From: an uncultured Coriobacteriia bacterium
GTDB taxonomy: Bacteria > Actinomycetota > Coriobacteriia > Anaerosomatales > PHET01
Length of the DNA: 64,000 nucleotides
Reading direction: 5' to 3'
NCBI GenBank assembly: GCA_963751505.1
Contig: CAVVUM010000011.1
Location: 8,989-72,988, forward strand
Under the pieces are notes generated by a model. It made no database searches and had not been told where the DNA came from. It saw only the letters and a list, made by a program, of their open reading frames with translations. Of this stretch, positions 48,781-58,575 are shown piece after piece. Position numbers and translations under genes: made by a program. Positions within the stretch are counted from its first letter, which is position 1. Every line of letters starts with the position of its first letter.

Positions 48781-49957
48781 ATGACGTTGCCAGCTGGTAC
48801 TAGGGACTACTACGAGGTGCTCGGCGTTGAGCGGGGCGCCTCGGCAGACGAGATCAAGAAGGCGTTTCGGCGCAGGGCGCGGGAGCTCCACCCCGACGTG
48901 AACAGCGCGCCCGACGCTGAGGACCGCTTCAAAGAGGTCAATGCCGCGTACGACGTGCTGTCCGATCCCGGCAAGCGCGAGCAGTACGACCGCTTCGGAA
49001 CGGTCGGACGCCCCAACGGAGGTCCCGGTGGCCCGGGCGGCCCGGGCGGGGGATACCAGTACGTCGATCTGAACGACCTGTTCGGCGGTGGCGCCGGCGG
49101 CTTCGACATGGGCGACTTGTTCAGCGCCTTCTTCGGAGGCGTCACCGGCGCGTGCCGGACGTGGCGTGCGTCTCGAGGGTCGCGACATGGCGATGTCCAT
49201 CGCGATCACGCTTGCCGAGGCCGCGAGCGGTGTCGAGAAGGAGATCGTCCTCGACCGCCTTGCGCCCTGCGAGGTCTGTGGCGGGTCCGGCTCGGCGGCG
49301 GACACCAACGTCGTGATGTGCAGCGAGTGCCAGGGCAGCGGACAGAAGGTCACGACGCGTCGCACGTTCCTCGGTACGATGCAGACGGCGGTTCCGTGCG
49401 ACCGTTGCGGTGGCGTGGGCAAGATCGTCGAGCACCCCTGCGACGAGTGCCAAGGCTCCGGGCGCGTGCCCGATCGCCAGCACGTGAACGTCACCGTGCC
49501 CGCCGGAATCCGCGACGGCCAGCAGATCAGGCTGCGCGGACTCGGGGAGGCGGGCATTCGCGGTGCCGCCGCGGGTGATCTCATCATCTCGGTGCGGGTC
49601 ACCCCCGACGACTTCCTGCATCGCGAGGGCGACGACCTGCATTGCAAGGCGACCGTATCGGTGACCCAGGCGTCCCTGGGCGCGGACCTGAAGGTCTGCG
49701 GCATCTTGGAGGACAACCAGATCAAGGTCCCGGCCGGTACGCAGCACGGCGACACGGTGCGCCTCAAGGGGCGCGGCATGCCTCGGTTCGGCGGGGGAGG
49801 CCGTGGCGACCTGGTCGTGCACCTCGGCATCGAAGTGCCCAAGAAGCTCACGAAGCGGCAGAAGGAGCTCATGCGCGAGCTTGCCGACGAGTTCGGAGAC
49901 GAGACGCGTCACGACAAGGGCGCGCTCGAACGCCTGCGGGACTGGCTCACGGGCTAG
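48781..49957 (+). CDS. dnaJ: Chaperone DnaJ. One +1 break at 49153.
   Basis: J domain DYYEVLGV...HPD. Gly-rich linker. Four CxxCxG zinc motifs ([32 protein letters not shown]). Confidence 0.92.
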
Positions 49958-49959
49958 CG

Positions 49960-50732
49960 ATGTCGGCACACCGCTTCTTCCTCGTCGATGACCTGGCCTG
50001 ACGGCCCAGGTCCCGTTCGGCTGCCACTCGACGGAGCCGACGTGCATCACGCAGTGCGCGCGCTTCGCCTCAAGCCCGGTGAGCTGGTCGAGGTCGTGGA
50101 GCCGTCGCGCGGGCGGTGCCTGCGCGTCGAGCTCACGACGTGCGGTGACGAGGGCCTCGCCGGGGAGGGTGCTCGGCGAAGTGACGCTCCCACCCGAGAC
50201 GCACGTCACTCTCGTGCTCGGCATCGCCAAGGGCGAGAAGATGGACCGGATCGTCCGGCACTGCGTCGAGCTGGGCGTCTCTTCGATAGCCCCGGTCGTC
50301 ACCGAGCGAACCGTCGTGCGCGTCGATGCCTCCCGGGGTGCCGAGAAGGCCGCACGGTGGGAGCGCATCGCCCGTGCTGCGGCCGAGCAGTCGCGCGCGG
50401 CCACGGCGCCACGCGTCCTCGAGCCCGTGCCGCTCGCCGGTGTGGGCGACCTGCTGGCCGAGCAGGACGCGGTCGTCGTCGTGTGGGAGGAGGCGTCCGG
50501 TCGCGGAGTCGCCGCGGCGCTTCGTGTTGCCGGCGCCGGCCCGGGCGCTCGCGTGGCGCTTGTGGTCGGTCCCGAAGGTGGCCTGAGTCCGTCCGAGGTC
50601 TCGGCCCTCGTCAGAGGCGGTGCGGTGACCGCCACGCTCGGGCCGAGGATTCTGCGCACCGAGACCGCGGCGGTCGTGGCGGTAGCGCTCGCCATGGAGG
50701 CGCTCGGGTTTCTCGGCGGAACCGATGAGTGA
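49960..50732 (+). CDS. rsmE: 16S rRNA (uracil1498-N3)-methyltransferase RsmE. Two +1 breaks (~49995, ~50165).
   Basis: MSAHRFFLVDD, HHAVRALRLKPGELVEV, VTLVLGIAKGEKMDRIV, LVVGPEGGLSPSEV, LGPRILRTETA. Confidence 0.85.
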
Positions 50733-51990
50733 GGAACTCGCCGTCGCGTTTCGGACGCTCGGCTGCAAGGTGAATCGTGCCGAGAGCGAAGACATCGCGG
50801 CGGATCTGCTCGGGAGGGGCGTGCGCGTCACCGACGCCGACCATGCTGCGGTCGTGGTGATCAACACCTGCACCGTGACAGCCGAGGCGGACGCGAAGGC
50901 GCGTAAGGCCGTCAGGCAGGCTCTTAAGGCCGCTGGAGGCCCGATCGTCGTGGTGACGGGCTGTCTTGCCGCGCTCGACGCGGATGCGCTGCGCGCCTTG
51001 GGATCTCGTGTCGTGGTCGAGGCCGACAAGAACGTCGTCGCGGACCGGGTGGCCGAGGCCCTCGAGCTGGCGGACCGGTCGGCTGCTGCGAGCCCGGTCC
51101 GTGTGGGCGAGGGGTTCCGTACGCGTGTCATGGTCAAGATCGAGGACGGCTGCGACGCCTTCTGCACCTACTGCATCGTCCCTCACGCGCGCGGCCTCCC
51201 GCGTGCCGTACCGCTGGATACCGTCGTCGGCGAGGTGGAGCGCCTTGTGGCCGCGGGCGTCAAGGAGGTCGTGCTCACCGGCATCAATCTCGGCCGGTAC
51301 CGGGATGGCGTCGCCGGTCTCGCAGCGGTCGTCGAGGCCGTCGCAGCGACCGGTGTGCGCCGGCTGCGCCTCTCGAGCATCGAGCCCATGGACCTCGACG
51401 ACCACCTGCTCGGCGTGCTAGCGGCCACACCCGCGTTCTGCGCGCACCTGCACGTGCCGCTCCAGAGCGGAAGCGATGCGGTGCTCTCGGCGATGGGGCG
51501 CGCCTACACACTGGCCGAGTACGCGGAACGGGTCAGTGCGGCGCGTGCTGCGCTGCCCGGACTGGCGCTCACGACCGACGTGATCGCCGGCTTCCCGGGC
51601 GAGACCGACCGCGATGCCGCGCGCACAGAGCAGGCGTGCGAGGAGCTCGCGTTCGCGAAGTTGCACGTGTTCCGCTACTCGGCCAGGACGGGCACGTCAG
51701 CTGCGGGAATGCCGCAGGTAGACCCGAGCTTGAGGCAGCGTCGCGCCGAAGGGCTCCGTAACCTCGACCACAGGTTGAGGGAGCGGTTCCTGACTGCCCA
51801 CGCAGGCAGTACCGCGGAGGTACTGGTGGAGCGGGTCGCCGACGGCTACGCCGAGGGGACGACCCGCGACTACATCCGAGTCGGCCTTGCGTGCCAGTCC
51901 GCGTGCGCGCCCGGGGATCTGGTCGGGGTCGTGCTCGGGGCGGGCGGTGCGGAGCCGCTATGCGGCAGTCTCGCACGCGGTCAGGCCTGA
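50725..51990 (+). CDS. mtaB: tRNA (N6-threonylcarbamoyladenosine) methylthiotransferase MtaB (MiaB-like radical SAM).
   Basis: ORF 50725..51990, intact. FRTLGCKVNRAESE, VINTCTVT, IEDGCDAFCTYCIVP, TDVIAGFPGET, TRAM-like C-terminus. Confidence 0.85.
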   Translation: MSEELAVAFRTLGCKVNRAESEDIAADLLGRGVRVTDADHAAVVVINTCTVTAEADAKARKAVRQALKAAGGPIVVVTGCLAALDADALRALGSRVVVEADKNVVADRVAEALELADRSAAASPVRVGEGFRTRVMVKIEDGCDAFCTYCIVPHARGLPRAVPLDTVVGEVERLVAAGVKEVVLTGINLGRYRDGVAGLAAVVEAVAATGVRRLRLSSIEPMDLDDHLLGVLAATPAFCAHLHVPLQSGSDAVLSAMGRAYTLAEYAERVSAARAALPGLALTTDVIAGFPGETDRDAARTEQACEELAFAKLHVFRYSARTGTSAAGMPQVDPSLRQRRAEGLRNLDHRLRERFLTAHAGSTAEVLVERVADGYAEGTTRDYIRVGLACQSACAPGDLVGVVLGAGGAEPLCGSLARGQA

Positions 51991-52004
51991 GCCACCCTCG
52001 GCGG

Positions 52005-52013
52005 TGGTAGAAT
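52005..52013 (+). promoter_or_regulatory. Extended -10 element TGGTAGAAT upstream of phoH.
   Basis: The same 9-mer as at 10592-10600. It lies 15 nt after the mtaB stop and ~64 nt before the phoH GTG. Confidence 0.45.
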
Positions 52014-52076
52014 CCAAGCACGCGAAGACGAACCCGAGCGGCGCACCCTCGAGATGCGCCAGACCTTGGAACCGAG

Positions 52077-53061
52077 GTGCCGATCACTTCCGTGGAAGCC
52101 ACTCAGATCCGACTCGTCGTCCCGCCCGACCTGGACATGACCAGACTGCTCGGGCAGGGGGACGCTCTCCTGCGCATCATCGAAGACGAGTTCGAATCCT
52201 GCGATCTCGGTGCGGGGCAACCAGATCACCATCGACGGGAACCCCGGTGACAGCCAGACCGTGTCGTCGCTGTTCGCCGAGATGATCCAGCTCGTCGAGC
52301 GCGGAGAGAACCTCACGCCCGACGCTGTCGAGCGATCCATCGAACTGCTCAAGCACAGCGAGTGCACGCCGACCGGGCTGCACGGCGATGTGATCCTCAC
52401 GCACAAGGGCAAAGCCATCCGGCCCAAGACAGCAGGACAGAAGCGCTACATCGACGCCATCCGCTGTCATACGGTCACCTTCGGGATCGGGCCGGCCGGC
52501 ACGGGCAAGACGTACCTCGCGATGGCCATGGCGGTTGACTCCCTGAAGCGCAAAGAGGTCGGCCGGATCATCCTCACCCGTCCGGCGGTCGAGGCAGGCG
52601 AGTCGCTCGGCTTTCTGCCCGGCACGCTTACCGAGAAGGTCGATCCCTACCTTCGCCCGCTCTACGACGCGCTGTTCGACATGATGGAGGCGGAGAAGTC
52701 CGCGGCGATGCTCGAACGTGGGACGATCGAGATCGCGCCGCTGGCCTACATGCGCGGGCGCACGCTCAACGACTCGTTCGTGATCCTCGACGAGGCGCAG
52801 AACACCACCCCCGAGCAGATGAAGATGTTCCTGACGCGACTGGGCTTCGGGTCCAAGATCGTCATCACCGGCGACGTGACCCAGATCGACCTGCCGCGCG
52901 GCCACTCCGGGCTCAAGCAGGTCAGATCCATCCTCGACGGCGTGGCTGATCTCACCTTTGTGGACCTCACCAGCAAGGACGTCGTGCGTCATCGCCTCGT
53001 CCAGCGCATCGTCTCGGCGTATCAGACCTTCGAAGAGGCGCGCGAGCAAGGCGATGACTAG
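52077..53061 (+). CDS. phoH: PhoH-like ATPase. One +1 break at 52200.
   Basis: Removing t52200 gives [55 protein letters not shown]. Confidence 0.9.
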
Positions 53062-54022
53062 CGGCCACCATCACGGCATCGGTGCGCATCGTGGCGCGAG
53101 CGCGGATGCCCGCTCGAGCCGGGTGACAGGCAGCACGCTGTTGCGCACCTTCGGCGTGCCCGTGGCGGCCGTGCTCGGTGGGGCTGCAGTTGCCGCGCTC
53201 GTCGCTGCGGCCACCCACTGGGCCGGGGCCGAATCGGCCGCCGTCTACGGCGCGCTCGGTGCGATCACCGCGGGCATCATCGGCACCCTGGGCTTGCGGG
53301 GCGCTCGCGAGGCCCACGCCGATCCCCGCGATGAGCTCGTTGCAGCGGCGAGCCCCCTGCATCCCCTGCAGAAGCGCCTGATGGCCGAGGCGCCGGGCAC
53401 CTACGTGCACTCGTTGGCCGTCGCGAACCTCTCGGAGACGGCTGCGGAAGCGGTGGGCGCCGACGCGCTGGTTGCGCGGGTGGGCGCGTACTACCACGAC
53501 ATCGGGAAGCTCGCCGACCCGTACTGCTTCTTCGAGAACTCGGAGGAGGGCGACTGCCCCCATCAGGGCACCGACCCCATCGCCGCCGCGCGGGTGATCA
53601 TGGCTCACGTCCCCGACGGCGCAGCGCTCGCGAGACAGAGCGGGCTGCCTGAGCAGGTGTGCGAGATCGTGAGCCAGCATCACGGGACGTCGCTCGTCCG
53701 CTACTTCTACCATCAGGCGGCGCTTCAGGATGCCGGGGTCTACGAGACCGACTTCCGCTATCCCGGTTCCCGTCCCCAGAGTCGGGAAGCCGCGATCGTC
53801 ATGATCGCCGATAGCAGCGAGGCCTCGGTGCGCGCGCTGGCCCAGCCGGACCCGTCGGAGGTGCGTGAGCGCGTCGGCGCCGTGCTTCGGGAGCGCAAGG
53901 CAGACGGGCAACTGGACGAGTGTGGGCTGACCGACGCCGAGCTCGGCACGATCGCGGACGTGATCGCCCGCGGACTCGTGAGCTTCCGCCACGTCCGCCT
54001 TGCCTACCCGGCGCCCGAATAG
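53054..54022 (+). CDS. Membrane-anchored HD-domain phosphohydrolase (PgpH/YqfF-like HD domain, without the long 7-TM receptor module).
   Basis: ATG 53054 inside ORF 52958..54022. Two predicted TM helices, then HSLAVANLSE...GAYYHDIGKL...VSQHHGTSLVRYFY...IVMIADSSEA. Confidence 0.75.
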   Translation: MTSGHHHGIGAHRGASADARSSRVTGSTLLRTFGVPVAAVLGGAAVAALVAAATHWAGAESAAVYGALGAITAGIIGTLGLRGAREAHADPRDELVAAASPLHPLQKRLMAEAPGTYVHSLAVANLSETAAEAVGADALVARVGAYYHDIGKLADPYCFFENSEEGDCPHQGTDPIAAARVIMAHVPDGAALARQSGLPEQVCEIVSQHHGTSLVRYFYHQAALQDAGVYETDFRYPGSRPQSREAAIVMIADSSEASVRALAQPDPSEVRERVGAVLRERKADGQLDECGLTDAELGTIADVIARGLVSFRHVRLAYPAPE

Positions 54023-54042
54023 CGCCCCGCGAGGAGGTGTCG

Positions 54043-54493
54043 ATGCAGATCAGCGTTGTCAGTCACCGCGAACCCGAACCGCTCGCCTTCGAGGCGTTCG
54101 TCGAGTTGGCGACGTTCGTCCTCGAGCGCGAAGACACACCGGACGCGGTCGAGCTCTCCGTCGCCGTGGTGGAGTGTCGAGGAGATCGCCGAACTGAACA
54201 CCCGCTTCCGCGGCAAGGACGGGCCCACCGACGTCCTCTCGTTTCCCTGCGACGACCCCTGCGCGGTGGTCGCTCCGGGCGAGCCCGTGACGCTCGGCGA
54301 CGTCGTCATCGCGCCGGAGATCGCCGAGCAGCAGGCCGCTGAGCTGGGGCACACGGTCGAAGAGGAACTCAATCTGCTGCTCGTCCACGGCGTGTTGCAC
54401 CTGCTCGGCTACGACCATATCGAGGACGTCGACGCCGCCGCGATGCAGTCCCGGGAGCGAGCACTGCTCGATGCCTGGGCGGCCTCGCGCTAG
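54043..54493 (+). CDS. ybeY: Endoribonuclease YbeY. One +1 break near 54171, the last break in the window.
   Basis: RBS gaggagg. GPTDVLSFP, zinc motif LLVHGVLHLLGYDH. Confidence 0.9.
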
Positions 54494-54502
54494 CGAGCCC
54501 CG

Positions 54503-55207
54503 ATGAAGAGCAAGCGCTCCATCCTCTGGAGCTTCAACTACGCGATCGAAGGCCTCGTGTACACGCTGCGGACGCAGCGAAACATGCGCGTCCACACGTC
54601 GATCGCGGTCCTGGTCGCCGTCGGCAGCCTGCTGCTGGGAGTCACGCGGACACAGCTGGTCGCAATCGTCTTCGCGATCAGCCTGGTGTTCGTGACCGAG
54701 CTGCTCAACACCGCCATCGAAGCTGCCGTCGACGTCGCGACAGAGCGCTACGACCCGCTCGCCAAGACCGCGAAGGACGTCGCTGCGGGTGCGGTGCTCG
54801 TCGCAGCGATCAACGCGCTTGTCGTGGCCTATCTCGTTCTGTTCGACCCCGTGCGCGCGCTCATGCAGCAGGGCCTGGAACTGGTTCAGTTCGCGCCGGC
54901 GGATCTCACCGTCATCGCCATCGGTATCGTTCTGCTCGGCGTGCTCATCATGAAGGGCGTCTCGCGCGAGGGGACCTGGCTCGAGGGCGGCTGGCCGAGC
55001 GGGCACGTGGCCCTCGCGTTCGCCGGCGCCACCATCATCGGGTTCGTCACCTGGAATGCCGGCGCGCTTGCACTCTCGTACTTCGTCGCGTTTCTCGTGG
55101 CTCAAAGCCGGGTGGAGGCCGAGATCCACACGGTGCCCCAGGTGCTCGTCGGCGGGGCGCTCGGTGTGCTGCTGACGACCCTGGTCTTTCAGGTATTCTT
55201 CCGCTGA
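54503..55207 (+). CDS. dgkA: Diacylglycerol/undecaprenol kinase DgkA domain fused to a degenerate PAP2-like C-terminal module.
   Basis: ORF intact. DgkA part: SFNYAIEGLVYTLRTQRNMRVH, ELLNTAIEAAVD, AKDVAAGAVLVAAI. C-terminal part: WPSGH...36 aa...SRVEAEIH (PAP2 motifs 2 and 3; motif 1 KxxxxxxRP is not seen). Confidence 0.75.
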   Translation: MKSKRSILWSFNYAIEGLVYTLRTQRNMRVHTSIAVLVAVGSLLLGVTRTQLVAIVFAISLVFVTELLNTAIEAAVDVATERYDPLAKTAKDVAAGAVLVAAINALVVAYLVLFDPVRALMQQGLELVQFAPADLTVIAIGIVLLGVLIMKGVSREGTWLEGGWPSGHVALAFAGATIIGFVTWNAGALALSYFVAFLVAQSRVEAEIHTVPQVLVGGALGVLLTTLVFQVFFR

Positions 55208-55245
55208 GGGCTCATCGCCCGCTCGACGAAGGAAACGGCTGACAC

Positions 55246-56541
55246 GTGCTCGCAGTTGCGTTGGTGATCTCGATCGCGCTCGCGGCAGCGTCCGCGATGT
55301 TCTCGGCGGGCGAGACCGCGGTCATGCTGCTTCCCGCCGGCCGCGTCCATCGCCTGGTCGAGTCTCGCGTGCGTGGTGCGGCCGCGCTCGACGACCTCGT
55401 CGAGCATCGGCATCGGCTGCGCGCCGTCTCGGCGCTCGTCTTCGCGCTCGCGGCAGCGGCTTTCGGGCTGCTCGGCTGGTTCGTGGCGATCCAGTTCCTG
55501 CCGGTGGCGCTCGAGGTCGGCTCGACAGCTACCGCGGCGGCGACGCTTGCCGGGCTGCTCGGCCTGCTCGTCGGGGTGGCGCTCGCGCACTCGGTCTGCC
55601 AGGCCCTGCCACGCACGCTCGCGGTCGCCAACCCCGAGCGCATCGGTCTGGACTCGGCCCGCGTGTCCGTGCCCCTCGTCCGCCTTCTGTGGCCGATCGC
55701 CCGCCTGCTCGGAGCGCCGTGGCGCTGGGCGGTGGAGGTCGTGTCCAAGGAGCGGACTCTCACGCCGTGGGCGGTCACCCCGGAGTTCCGTGGCGGGACG
55801 CTCGGCGAGGAAGGGGAGCGCGAAGAGGCCGAGGAGGCCTGGCTCGAGGCGGTCTCGGACTTCGCCGAGAAGGTCGCACGCGAGGTCATGGTGCCGAGAA
55901 CCGATGTGGCGGCCCTGCCTGACACGTCGTCGGTGGCAGACGCCATCTCGACGATTCACAAGACCGGCTTCTCGCGCTTGCCCGTCTATCGCCGCTCGAT
56001 CGATGACGTGCGGGGCGTGCTGTACGCGAAGGACCTGCTGGTGGCGATGGGGCGCGGGCAGCACGACATCGATATCGCCGAGATCGCGCGCGCGCCGTTC
56101 TTCGTGCCCGAGACCAAGCCGGTCGAGGAGCTGCTGTTCGAGATGCGCGTGCGCACGCATATCGCCATAGTCGCCGACGAGTACGGCGGCACCGCTGGTA
56201 TCGTTACGCTCGAGGATCTGCTCGAGGAGATAGTGGGCGAGATCTCAGACGAGTACGATCGTGACGAGCCACTCATCGTCGATCTGGGCCACGGCAGGTT
56301 CCGCGTCGATGCGCGACTGCCGGTCGACGACCTGAACGAGGCGTTCGGGACCGATCTGGACACCGAGGCCGACTCGGTAGGCGGCCTGTTCACCGAACTT
56401 GCCGGGCGCATCCCCGAGACGGGGGAGTCCATGGAGCTCGAAGGTCTGCGCCTGACCGTGACCGAACGCAAGGGGACCCGCATCTGCCAGATGACCGTCG
56501 AGCCGGCCCCGGCTCTCGAAGAAGGAGACGACCGTGCGTAA
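55246..56541 (+). CDS. HlyC/CorC-family transporter (DUF21 + CBS pair + CorC_HlyC).
   Basis: ORF intact. FSAGETA, VMVPRTDV, GFSRLPVY, AIVADEYGGTAGIVTLEDLLEEIVGEI. Confidence 0.85.
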   Translation: MLAVALVISIALAAASAMFSAGETAVMLLPAGRVHRLVESRVRGAAALDDLVEHRHRLRAVSALVFALAAAAFGLLGWFVAIQFLPVALEVGSTATAAATLAGLLGLLVGVALAHSVCQALPRTLAVANPERIGLDSARVSVPLVRLLWPIARLLGAPWRWAVEVVSKERTLTPWAVTPEFRGGTLGEEGEREEAEEAWLEAVSDFAEKVAREVMVPRTDVAALPDTSSVADAISTIHKTGFSRLPVYRRSIDDVRGVLYAKDLLVAMGRGQHDIDIAEIARAPFFVPETKPVEELLFEMRVRTHIAIVADEYGGTAGIVTLEDLLEEIVGEISDEYDRDEPLIVDLGHGRFRVDARLPVDDLNEAFGTDLDTEADSVGGLFTELAGRIPETGESMELEGLRLTVTERKGTRICQMTVEPAPALEEGDDRA

Positions 56542-56956
56542 CCTGACCCAGCCCGACTTGGCATTGCTGGCTTTCGCGCGCGAGGCTCAGGAGAAGGCGT
56601 ACTCGCCCTACTCGATGTTTCGCGTCGGCGCGGCAGTCTATACCGCTGATGGTGAGATCTTCCAGGGCGTGAACGTCGAGAACGCCGCGTATCCTGCCAC
56701 CACGTGCGCCGAGCGCGCCGCGGTGGTGGCTGCCGTCTCGGCGGGCCATCGCGAGATCACGGCTGTCGCTGTCGTTGGCGACTCCGACGCGCCGACCGTG
56801 CCCTGTGGCATCTGCCGCCAGGTCCTTGCCGAGTTCAACCCCGAGATGCGCGTGATCATGGGCGGCCAGAGCGATGACGTGATGGTCATGACGCTCGACG
56901 AACTTCTCCCCGAGGCGTTCGTCCGAGGATTCCTCGACCAAGACGAGACGAAGTAG
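56534..56956 (+). CDS. cdd: Cytidine deaminase.
   Basis: AYSPYSMFRVGAAV, CAERAA, PCGICRQVLAEF. Confidence 0.9.
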   Translation: MRNLTQPDLALLAFAREAQEKAYSPYSMFRVGAAVYTADGEIFQGVNVENAAYPATTCAERAAVVAAVSAGHREITAVAVVGDSDAPTVPCGICRQVLAEFNPEMRVIMGGQSDDVMVMTLDELLPEAFVRGFLDQDETK

Positions 56957-57880
56957 GTGTCCGCGGTCTCAGAGAACCCGATGACCGAGGTACGAAGCGG
57001 TTTCGTCGCCCTTGTGGGCCGTCCGAACGCAGGCAAGTCGACGCTCACCAACGCGCTCGTGGGCCAGAAGGTCGCCATCACGAGCGATACTCCGCAGACG
57101 ACGCGTCACAGGCTGCGGGCCGTGATCGATCGCGAGGACTCGCAGATCGTCGTCGTCGACACGCCGGGCCTGCACCGGCCTCACGACGCGCTCGGAGAGG
57201 AACTGAACCGCAGCGCGCTCAAGGCGCTCGAAGGCATCGACGTCGTCGCGATGCTCGTCGACGCGACCAAGCCCGTCGGCGGGGGCGACCGCTGGGTCGG
57301 CGAGCACGTCGCCCGCTGCCACGCGAAGCGGATCCTCGTCATCTCCAAGGCCGACATCGCCTCGGCCGATCAGGTCGACGCCCAGATCGCCGCCGCCGAG
57401 CGCTTGGCGCCCTTCGACGAGGTGGTGGTCCTCTCGGCGGTCGAGGGGTTCAACCTCGAGGGCTTCATCGCCGCGGTGACGGAGTACTTGCCACTCGGCC
57501 CGCGCTGGTTCCCGCGCGACATGCCCACCGACCAGCCGTTCGAGGTCATGATCGCGGAGTTCATCCGCGAGAAGATCCTGCGTTCGACCTTCGACGAGGT
57601 GCCTCATGCGGTCGGCGTCGCAATCGAGGAGATCGAACAGGACCTGCGCGCCGACCTGACGCGGATCTGGGCGGTGATCTACGTGGAGCGCAGCTCCCAG
57701 AAGGGCATCATCATCGGTAAGGGCGGAGTGATGATCAAGCAGATCGGGAGCGAGGCGCGCGTGGATCTGGAGCGCCTGCTCGGCACCCGGGTCTTTCTCG
57801 AGCTCACGGTGAAGGTGAAGAAGGACTGGCGACGCGACGCCTCCCAGATCCGCCGCTTCGGGTACGGAGAGGGGCTCTGA
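56957..57880 (+). CDS. era: GTPase Era.
   Basis: GFVALVGRPNAGKSTL, DTPGLH, SKADI. KH domain with VERSSQKGIIIGKGG. Confidence 0.95.
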   Translation: MSAVSENPMTEVRSGFVALVGRPNAGKSTLTNALVGQKVAITSDTPQTTRHRLRAVIDREDSQIVVVDTPGLHRPHDALGEELNRSALKALEGIDVVAMLVDATKPVGGGDRWVGEHVARCHAKRILVISKADIASADQVDAQIAAAERLAPFDEVVVLSAVEGFNLEGFIAAVTEYLPLGPRWFPRDMPTDQPFEVMIAEFIREKILRSTFDEVPHAVGVAIEEIEQDLRADLTRIWAVIYVERSSQKGIIIGKGGVMIKQIGSEARVDLERLLGTRVFLELTVKVKKDWRRDASQIRRFGYGEGL

Positions 57881-57885
57881 AGCTC

Positions 57886-58569
57886 ATGGACGCCGTGATG
57901 CTCGCTTCGATGATCGACCAGACGCTACTCAATCCGAAGGTGGGGATGTCGGAAGCTGCCGCGTGGATGGAGGCCAACCGGGATCAGGGATTCGCCGCGC
58001 TGTGCGTCTCGCCGTTCCTCGTGCCGCTCGCCACGCAGCATCTGGCGGGCAGCTCCACCCGTGTCTGCTCCGTGGTCGGCTTCCCGCTCGGGTACTCGCT
58101 CACCGAGACCAAGGCCGAGGAGGCCGTCCATCTCGTGGAGCTGGGATGTGCTGAGGCCGACATGGTGATCAACATCGCCGCGCTCCTCGAGGGCGAGGAC
58201 GCCTACGTGCGCGACGACATCGCCGCGGTCGTAGACGCCGTCGCCTCACGCTCCGATGGCACGGCGATCGTGAAGGTGATCCTCGAGACCGGCTATCTCG
58301 ACGAGGCGCTCATCGACCGAGCCTGCGGGCTCGCCGTGTCCGCCGGCGCTCACTTCGTGAAGACCTCTACCGGGTTCGGCCCGCGTGGTGCTTCGGCGCG
58401 CGACGTCGAGATCATGCGCGCCGCGGTTGGGCCCGACATCGGCGTGAAGGCCGCTGGTGGCATCCGCGACCTGGACGCAGCTCTCGAGATGGTGGAAGCC
58501 GGGGCGAGCCGTATCGGCACGTCCGGTGGCGCGGAGATCGTCGCGCAAGCGCTGGCGCGAGGGCTGTAG
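57886..58569 (+). CDS. deoC: Deoxyribose-phosphate aldolase.
   Basis: IDQTLL, VVGFPLG, VKVILET, FVKTSTGF (Schiff-base Lys), KAAGGIR. Confidence 0.9.
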   Translation: MDAVMLASMIDQTLLNPKVGMSEAAAWMEANRDQGFAALCVSPFLVPLATQHLAGSSTRVCSVVGFPLGYSLTETKAEEAVHLVELGCAEADMVINIAALLEGEDAYVRDDIAAVVDAVASRSDGTAIVKVILETGYLDEALIDRACGLAVSAGAHFVKTSTGFGPRGASARDVEIMRAAVGPDIGVKAAGGIRDLDAALEMVEAGASRIGTSGGAEIVAQALARGL

Positions 58570-58575
58570 GCGTCC

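Noticed and set aside
49999-50001. An in-frame TGA 13 codons into rsmE (MSAHRFFLVDDLA-TGA), considered as possible selenocysteine or recoding.
   Set aside because: A +1 shift just before it restores ...DGPGPVRLPLDGADVHHAVRALRL, a normal RsmE N-terminus. There is no SECIS-like hairpin, and RsmE is not a selenoprotein.
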